From NCBI RefSeq assembly GCF_017876815.1, contig NZ_JAGIOS010000001.1:1980001-2012000 (forward strand): a stretch of DNA of 32,000 nucleotides, written 5' to 3'. Both the position numbers and the translations under genes were made by a program. The notes beneath the pieces were generated by a model. It was given only the letters and a program-made list of their open reading frames with translations. It did no database searches and was not told the DNA's origin. The DNA comes from Sinorhizobium meliloti. GTDB lineage: Bacteria; Pseudomonadota; Alphaproteobacteria; Rhizobiales; Rhizobiaceae. The stretch's first letter is position 1. Each line of letters begins with the position of its first letter. Below, in pieces: positions 27,827 to 32,000 of the stretch.

Positions 27827-28360
27827 TCATAAAGTTGGTTTCCGCCGCTTTGAATATTCCCCCGCTTTAGTCACCTCGGGCAAGTCAAGACCCGAGTCCT
27901 TGTCGCCCCCTGGCTCCTTCCGTCCTAATGCTCGCAGCCGGTTGTCAATCATGGTCTGAAAGTGCTCATAGAGCGTTTCGTATTCCTCCGGCGGCAGCAG
28001 TTCCAGCTTCGCATCGATGCTCGGCTTTGCGATCGGGGTGCCTTTCCCCTCGGCAAGCCAGACCCACGAAATGTTGAATTCCTTGGCGATCATCATCAGG
28101 TGATCGCGCTTCATCCCGACGCCGATCTCCCAATTTCCTACGGCGCCTCGGGTCACCCCAAGGCGTTCAGCGAAATCAGATTGTCGGTGATATCCGAGAA
28201 TTTCTTTCCTGAGAAATCTGATGCGTTTGCCAAGCTGGATAAGCTCTGCATGCTTCTCAGCCTCCCTTTTTTTTCCCGCCGCTAGTTCAGCGCGGCTCCC
28301 TACTTTCCTTTTCGCACTCGTCACAGGTGCATTTCCCCCACCTAGGTTCAACCATGCCAC
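27827..28360 (-). CDS. XRE-family HTH repressor (CI-like position) lacking an S24 peptidase domain
   Basis: HTH FLRKEILGYHRQSDFAERLGVTRGAVGNWEIG. Divergent from the Cro-like gene. The start is uncertain: GTG 28360 (no SD, possibly leaderless) or an internal GTG (codon 13) preceded by GGGGGA. Confidence 0.8.
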   Translation of the reverse strand: MAWLNLGGGNAPVTSAKRKVGSRAELAAGKKREAEKHAELIQLGKRIRFLRKEILGYHRQSDFAERLGVTRGAVGNWEIGVGMKRDHLMMIAKEFNISWVWLAEGKGTPIAKPSIDAKLELLPPEEYETLYEHFQTMIDNRLRALGRKEPGGDKDSGLDLPEVTKAGEYSKRRKPTL

Positions 28361-28436
28361 ACGCCAGCTTAACTTGTCACCGTGAAATTCTCAAAATGTC
28401 TTGATCCCTCGTGAAAATGTTGTTTACATTTGTAGC
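28361..28436. promoter_or_regulatory. Divergent immunity-switch region with repeated CGTGAAA(A/T)T motif and candidate promoters
   Basis: CGTGAAATT at 28381-28389 and CGTGAAAAT at 28410-28418. Dyad TCAC-C-GTGA at 28377-28385. Rightward TTGATC-N18-TACATT (28401-28430). Leftward TTGAGA-N17-TAAGCT (complement of 28366-28394). Confidence 0.5.
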
Positions 28437-28685
28437 ATGAACGTGAGCAAAGAAAATTTATCCACTGATCCTCGCGCCATTGCATGTGAGGCCGCCAAAA
28501 CGCGCGCAGGCGGGGCGAAGTTCCTTGCCCAACGGCTCGGCGTTTCGCGCCAGCTGGTCCATGCCTGGAAAATCATCCCGGCAAAGCACGTGCTGCGCGT
28601 CGAAAGGGAAACCGGCATTTCCTGCCACATTCTGCGCCCCGACGTATTCGGCCCGGCGCCAGCGAATAAGGAGGCGGCGGAATAG
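28437..28685 (+). CDS. Cro/YdaS-family HTH protein
   Basis: 82 aa from ATG 28437. GGAKFLAQRLGVSRQLVHAWKIIPAKHVLRVERETGISCHILRPDVF fits the Cro/YdaS pattern. No SD upstream, so possibly leaderless. Confidence 0.72.
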   Translation: MNVSKENLSTDPRAIACEAAKTRAGGAKFLAQRLGVSRQLVHAWKIIPAKHVLRVERETGISCHILRPDVFGPAPANKEAAE

Positions 28686-28727
28686 CCGCCTGATGTGTCC
28701 GCCGACCATGCCCCGGCCGGCGGGAAA

Positions 28728-28798
28728 GGCCACCGCGCCCCCACTCTCCCGCCGTGGGGCTTTCCTTCCCTCCACGGCGCCCTCGCGACGCGGTGGCC
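28728..28798 (+). other. Nested GC-rich inverted repeat (structured RNA, terminator or antiterminator candidate)
   Basis: Outer arms GGCCACCGCG (28728-28737) / CGCGGTGGCC (28789-28798). Inner arms CGCCGTGG (28750-28757) / CCACGGCG (28772-28779). No T-run. Confidence 0.4.
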
Positions 28799-28824
28799 GC
28801 CCCTAACCCAAGAGGAGGCCCCCA

Positions 28825-29409
28825 ATGCCCGCCACCATCGGCGATAATTCCAAGGACCTTACGCCAGCCGAGCAAAAGGCCCTCTACATGCACCACTTCG
28901 GCGCCATCCTGAAACAAACCGAGATATGCAAAGCCGAGAACGCCGAGCGCCTAAAGCTTCGCAAGCAGGCCAAGGCGGACGGCATCGTCCTCGCCGACAT
29001 CGATTTCGGCCTCCGCTGCGCCCAGATCGAGGACCCTTCCGTCATCGTCAATGAGCAGAAGCGGCGCGCCGAGATCGGCGGCTACTTCGCACTTCCGATC
29101 GGCGCTCAATCAGAATTCGACTTCGACCGCGAGCGGGCCGTCGATCGCGCATGGCGGGAGGGCGAAAGGGCTGGATATGAAGCCGTCAACGCCGACACCA
29201 ACCCCTATGACGAGAATTCGGCACAGGGCCGGGCATGGGCGAAGGGCTGGAAAGAGGCGCAGGCGGAAATGGCCGCTAACCTACAGTCCGCCATGGAAAA
29301 GAAGCAGGCCGATCGCGTGCAGAAGGCCGCCGATCTGGCCGCCGCTGATGATGGCGAGAACGATCCCGAGGACGACCACGAGGCCGATCCGGCCGAAGCC
29401 GCCGAATAG
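28825..29409 (+). CDS. Phage protein with Rmf/CrpP-like C-terminal segment and possible GapR(DUF2312)-like N-terminal segment
   Basis: AAGAGGAGG upstream of ATG 28825. ERAGYEAVNADTNPYDENSAQGRAWAKGWKEAQ resembles the RMF motif (GY.AG...CPY.....W..GW.EA). The N-terminal ...LRKQAKADGIVLADIDFGLR...YFALPIG loosely parallels GapR. Acidic tail. Confidence 0.6.
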   Translation: MPATIGDNSKDLTPAEQKALYMHHFGAILKQTEICKAENAERLKLRKQAKADGIVLADIDFGLRCAQIEDPSVIVNEQKRRAEIGGYFALPIGAQSEFDFDRERAVDRAWREGERAGYEAVNADTNPYDENSAQGRAWAKGWKEAQAEMAANLQSAMEKKQADRVQKAADLAAADDGENDPEDDHEADPAEAAE

Positions 29410-29422
29410 GGGGGCCGCCGCC

Positions 29423-29869
29423 ATGCAACCCGAGAAAGTAATCTGGAAAGAGGCCGACCGGGACAAGGTGGCCGAGATGCTCAAAAAGGGCTGGTCGGCC
29501 GCAAAGATCGGCCAAGCGATGGGGATTTCCCGAGGCGCGGCCATCGGCCGGATTTTCCGCAATGACCGATTAAGGACGCTGATGAAGCGCCCGCCCAAAG
29601 CCGCAAGCCCGAGGAGGTGGCCGGTGAAGAAAGGCGCGCGCTCGACCGGGAAAGAGAACCCGGCGCCGGTCCTCCAGCTGCCGCCGCCACCCATGCGGCT
29701 TGTGCCGCTAGCCGAGTTGAAGCGCGGCGATTGCCATTGGCCGGCGAGCCCCCATGGGGCCGCCCCGGATCAGCATCTATTTTGCGGCGCCGGCACCCGC
29801 AAGGGCGAGAAATGGTGCCCCTATCATCAGCTGATCGGCTATCAGCCTCGGGCGCCGCGCCATGGGTAA
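29423..29869 (+). CDS. GcrA-family cell-cycle regulator homolog (phage-encoded)
   Basis: 149 aa from ATG 29423. N-terminal KKGWSAAKIGQAMGISRGAAIGRIFRN and C-terminal GDCHWP...LFCG...WCPYHQLIGYQP match the two conserved GcrA segments. The longest-ORF start 29051 was rejected. Confidence 0.8.
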   Translation: MQPEKVIWKEADRDKVAEMLKKGWSAAKIGQAMGISRGAAIGRIFRNDRLRTLMKRPPKAASPRRWPVKKGARSTGKENPAPVLQLPPPPMRLVPLAELKRGDCHWPASPHGAAPDQHLFCGAGTRKGEKWCPYHQLIGYQPRAPRHG

Positions 29870-30416
29870 GCGTTCCGACTTCCCCCGGCGCAAGGCGGAC
29901 GATTACGCCACGCCCTTGAAGGGGGTCACGCCAGTGCTCCCGCATCTTCGCGCCGAGGGGATCGTGACCTTTGTCGAACCGTGCGCGGGCGCCGGCAATC
30001 TGGTTGCGCATCTATGCCGCTTTGGCTTCCTTTGCGCTTTTGCCCGCGATCTGCGCGACGGCTTCGACGCCCTGACCTGCGATCCAAACACTTTCCAAGG
30101 CGCCGACGCCGTCGTGACGAACCCGCCGTGGACGCGGGCGGCGCTCCATCCGATGATTGAGCGCTTTTCCGATATCCTGCCGACATGGCTCCTGTTTGAT
30201 GCCGATTGGGCGCACACCAAGCAAGCGGCGCCCTACCTCGATTATTGCTCCCACATCGTCTCTGTCGGCCGGCTCAAGTGGATACCTGACACGAAGCACC
30301 AAGCCAAGGATTCCTGTGCGTGGCACCGCTTCGACCGCCGGCATTCTGGCGGCCCGCACTTCATCGGCCGCCCCTCAAATGAAATCGCAAAAAGTTACGT
30401 GGAGGCGGCGCAATGA
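29862..30416 (+). CDS. Compact SAM-dependent DNA methyltransferase, N6-adenine (amino-MTase) type, orphan
   Basis: 184 aa; motif I FVEPCAGAGN, motif IV TNPPW. 8-nt overlap with the GcrA-like gene and ATGA overlap with the next gene. No restriction partner seen. Confidence 0.78.
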   Translation: MGKRSDFPRRKADDYATPLKGVTPVLPHLRAEGIVTFVEPCAGAGNLVAHLCRFGFLCAFARDLRDGFDALTCDPNTFQGADAVVTNPPWTRAALHPMIERFSDILPTWLLFDADWAHTKQAAPYLDYCSHIVSVGRLKWIPDTKHQAKDSCAWHRFDRRHSGGPHFIGRPSNEIAKSYVEAAQ

Positions 30417-31078
30417 CTGCGGAACTCGCCCGATACGATGCCATGTGCCGGGCCATCGATGAGGCCTACCAAATCGATGAGGTCAAGGATATCCGGGACA
30501 AGGCGCTGGCGTTGGAGGTCTATTCCCGGCAAGCGAAAAACATCGAAGCGGAACGCCGCGCGTGTGAAATCCGGCTCCGGGCCGAGCGCAAGGCCGGCGA
30601 GCTGCGGCGCCAAGAGGAAAAAAGCAGGGGCGGGCGACCTGCAAAAAACCCTCCCGACCAAGCCGGGAAGGTTTCGACCAATGCGGAGCGCCGCGCCGAA
30701 CTCGGGATTTCAAAAGATCAGGACGAGCGCTGGCAAAAGCTCGCTGCGGTTCCCAAAGAGGAATTCGAGGCGGCACTCGCCGAGCCGGGCGTGCCGACCG
30801 CGAACAGCATCATCGCGAAGATTGCTGAAAAGCGATCGAAGCCCATGGACAGCGCCGCCCTATGGCTTTGGGGCCGCATGAAGGACTTCGAACGGAACGG
30901 AATTCTGGCCGACGATCCCGACCGCGTTTGGGCGGAAATGGCGGATCACATGCGGGCAGATATGCGCCGGCTGGTACCGCGCGTCTGTGAATGGCTCAAC
31001 CAATTGGAGGCGTCAAATGCCGAACAAGGGAACATCGGAGGCCGCGAGGCTGCGCGAAATTCTGTCCGCCGTGTATGA
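30413..31078 (+). CDS. Hypothetical phage protein (221 aa), basic coiled N-terminal half
   Basis: GGAGG upstream of ATG 30413. The N-terminus LARYDAMCRAIDEAYQIDEVKDIRDKALALEVYSRQAKN is a pattern I recall in many phage and plasmid proteins (not searched). Confidence 0.62.
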   Translation: MTAELARYDAMCRAIDEAYQIDEVKDIRDKALALEVYSRQAKNIEAERRACEIRLRAERKAGELRRQEEKSRGGRPAKNPPDQAGKVSTNAERRAELGISKDQDERWQKLAAVPKEEFEAALAEPGVPTANSIIAKIAEKRSKPMDSAALWLWGRMKDFERNGILADDPDRVWAEMADHMRADMRRLVPRVCEWLNQLEASNAEQGNIGGREAARNSVRRV

Positions 31079-31451
31079 GCGGCGGAAAGATGAAGCCCGC
31101 GTGAGCCCGTCGTGGCTGGCGACCGAGGCAATGACCGAGCTTGACCCGGATCGGGAGGCGCCGCCTCTGGTCTATCTCGGTTGCCACTTGGAGCTACGCC
31201 AGATCGCGCGGGAATTCTGCCGAAAGCGCTTCGAGCCGGAAGATGATGGGGAGGCGCATGATCTTTTCCCCGATCTACAGGCCCGCTATCCAACGGCGCG
31301 CTCATCCAAGGATGACCCCGAATATGTGAAACTCGAATGTCTGAATCGCGACGACATTGCCTTTAACGTCAACCGGCTTCGGTCTGAGGCCGCGCGCAAG
31401 CTGGCACACGCCGACGCTTTGGAAGAATACGGCGAGTTGCGGGCGGCCTGA
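31017..31451 (+). CDS. Hypothetical phage protein (144 aa)
   Basis: Start at ATG 31017 (MPNKGTSEAA...) with GGAGG 7 nt upstream. Overlaps the previous ORF by 62 nt. Confidence 0.58.
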   Translation: MPNKGTSEAARLREILSAVYERRKDEARVSPSWLATEAMTELDPDREAPPLVYLGCHLELRQIAREFCRKRFEPEDDGEAHDLFPDLQARYPTARSSKDDPEYVKLECLNRDDIAFNVNRLRSEAARKLAHADALEEYGELRAA

Positions 31452-31453
31452 TA

Positions 31454-32000
31454 ATGCTGATCCTCGGCCTCGACCAGTCCATAACACGCACCGGGTTCGC
31501 GCTCTACGAATACCCCGGTGACGAGCGAGACATGCGCTGCGGCTCGTTTTCGTGCAAGGACGCGGGCGATCCCGAGGAAAAATGCGAACTGTTCGCGCGC
31601 CAGTTCAAGCGGTTGGTCGGGCCGAAAGATCGCCGCCCCGATTTCATCGTGTGGGAGCGCGCCCGGCGGCGCATCTCGGCCTATCCCAAGAAGCCTAACC
31701 CCGATCTGCTCGGGCTCGGCGGCGACGATCCCGCCATCTGGACCGTCAACGCCGATCAGCTGCTCTTGCCGGAAATCCAAGGCATCATCCGGGGCGAGGC
31801 AATCAGCTACCGCATTCCGCATGAGTCGGTCCCGCCGGCCACATGGCGCGCCGCGATCTATGGCAAGGGCGGCGGCAAGCTGTCGCGCGCCGACGCCAAG
31901 GCGCAAGCGAGGGCCTATTGCAAGGCGCTTCGGATCGCGGCCGGCAACGAGGACGAGGCCGAGGCCGCATGCATCGCCAGATGGGCCGCGACCTGCTCGC
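31454..32000 (+). CDS. RuvC-like Holliday-junction resolvase (5' part, runs off window)
   Basis: Not in the ORF track because it has no stop in the window. Hand translation MLILGLDQSITRTGFALYEY...NEDEAEAACIARWAA shows RuvC-fold motifs (ILGxDxS..TG N-terminus, later D/E-x-AEA-x-xIA) with no in-frame stop to 32000. The opposite ORF 31286..31906 is a shadow. Confidence 0.62.
   Translation, partial: MLILGLDQSITRTGFALYEYPGDERDMRCGSFSCKDAGDPEEKCELFARQFKRLVGPKDRRPDFIVWERARRRISAYPKKPNPDLLGLGGDDPAIWTVNADQLLLPEIQGIIRGEAISYRIPHESVPPATWRAAIYGKGGGKLSRADAKAQARAYCKALRIAAGNEDEAEAACIARWAATCS

Larger units (their letters stand above)
21171..32000. mobile_element. Integrated temperate prophage (int-proximal arm, truncated by window end)
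   Basis: int-HTH-xis, recT module, divergent XRE/Cro-like switch, GcrA-like/MTase and RuvC-like genes in lambdoid order. The exact left junction is not determinable without the other att copy. Confidence 0.88.

Noticed and set aside
27367-28360. XRE protein plus downstream 147-aa protein as an ImmR/ImmA-type pair or a toxin-antitoxin / abortive-infection module
   Set aside because: The 147-aa product has no HEXXH metalloprotease motif (only HEASQ) and no recognisable toxin fold motif. The pairing alone is insufficient, so it is kept as hypothetical.
28693-28806. Short plus-strand ORF (MCPPTMPRPAGKATAPPLSRRGAFLPSTAPSRRGGRP) in the cro-downstream gap
   Set aside because: The Pro/Arg-rich translation comes from GC-rich nested inverted repeats and has no SD. 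It is better explained as RNA structure.
31286-31906. 206-aa minus-strand ORF at the window end
   Set aside because: It lies antisense to an open plus-strand frame with RuvC-like motifs (MLILGLDQS...TG, DEAEAACIA). Its translation has no features.

Overview
High-GC alphaproteobacterial chromosome. Gene order and RIME-type palindromic repeats suggest Rhizobiaceae, Sinorhizobium/Ensifer-like (inference, no database search run).

Positions 1-21,170 are a conserved housekeeping block: end of a tol-pal-linked gene, tilS, ftsH, glmM, two tandem Omp25/RopB-type outer-membrane beta-barrel paralogs, serC, serA, an EamA transporter, purA, a 753-aa acidic Pro-rich membrane protein, rpoH, rluD-like, a small membrane protein, a SpoU/TrmH methyltransferase, a membrane-anchored coiled-coil protein and a DUF1134/EipA-like periplasmic protein. 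Three intergenic gaps hold mosaic palindromic repeats that share one terminal inverted repeat. Three extended CtrA-type boxes (TTAA-N7-TTAAC) lie upstream of the envelope genes.

Positions 21,171-32,000 are the int-proximal arm of an integrated temperate prophage that runs off the window. It contains:
- Tyrosine integrase with three tandem GGGTTATCCAA repeats at its 3' end and no tRNA target.
- A small HTH gene and an AlpA/Xis-like gene.
- A leftward chain of mostly unknown genes joined by ATGA start/stop overlaps, including RecT/Bet, a Cys/His-motif protein and a 56-aa ORF absent from the supplied track.
- An XRE repressor without a peptidase domain, divergent from a Cro/YdaS-like gene.
- A rightward operon: a GapR/Rmf-like protein, a GcrA-like regulator overlapping a compact N6-adenine-type DNA methyltransferase, two unknowns and a RuvC-like resolvase (truncated by the window).

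The most interesting candidate is this phage-borne set of look-alikes of alphaproteobacterial cell-cycle and nucleoid regulators, together with an unusual GANTC distribution.

No rRNA, tRNA or CRISPR array was seen. The ORF track uses GTG/TTG as M, and many long ORFs are antisense shadows typical of high-GC DNA. Several starts were moved to internal ATG/GTG codons with Shine-Dalgarno support.
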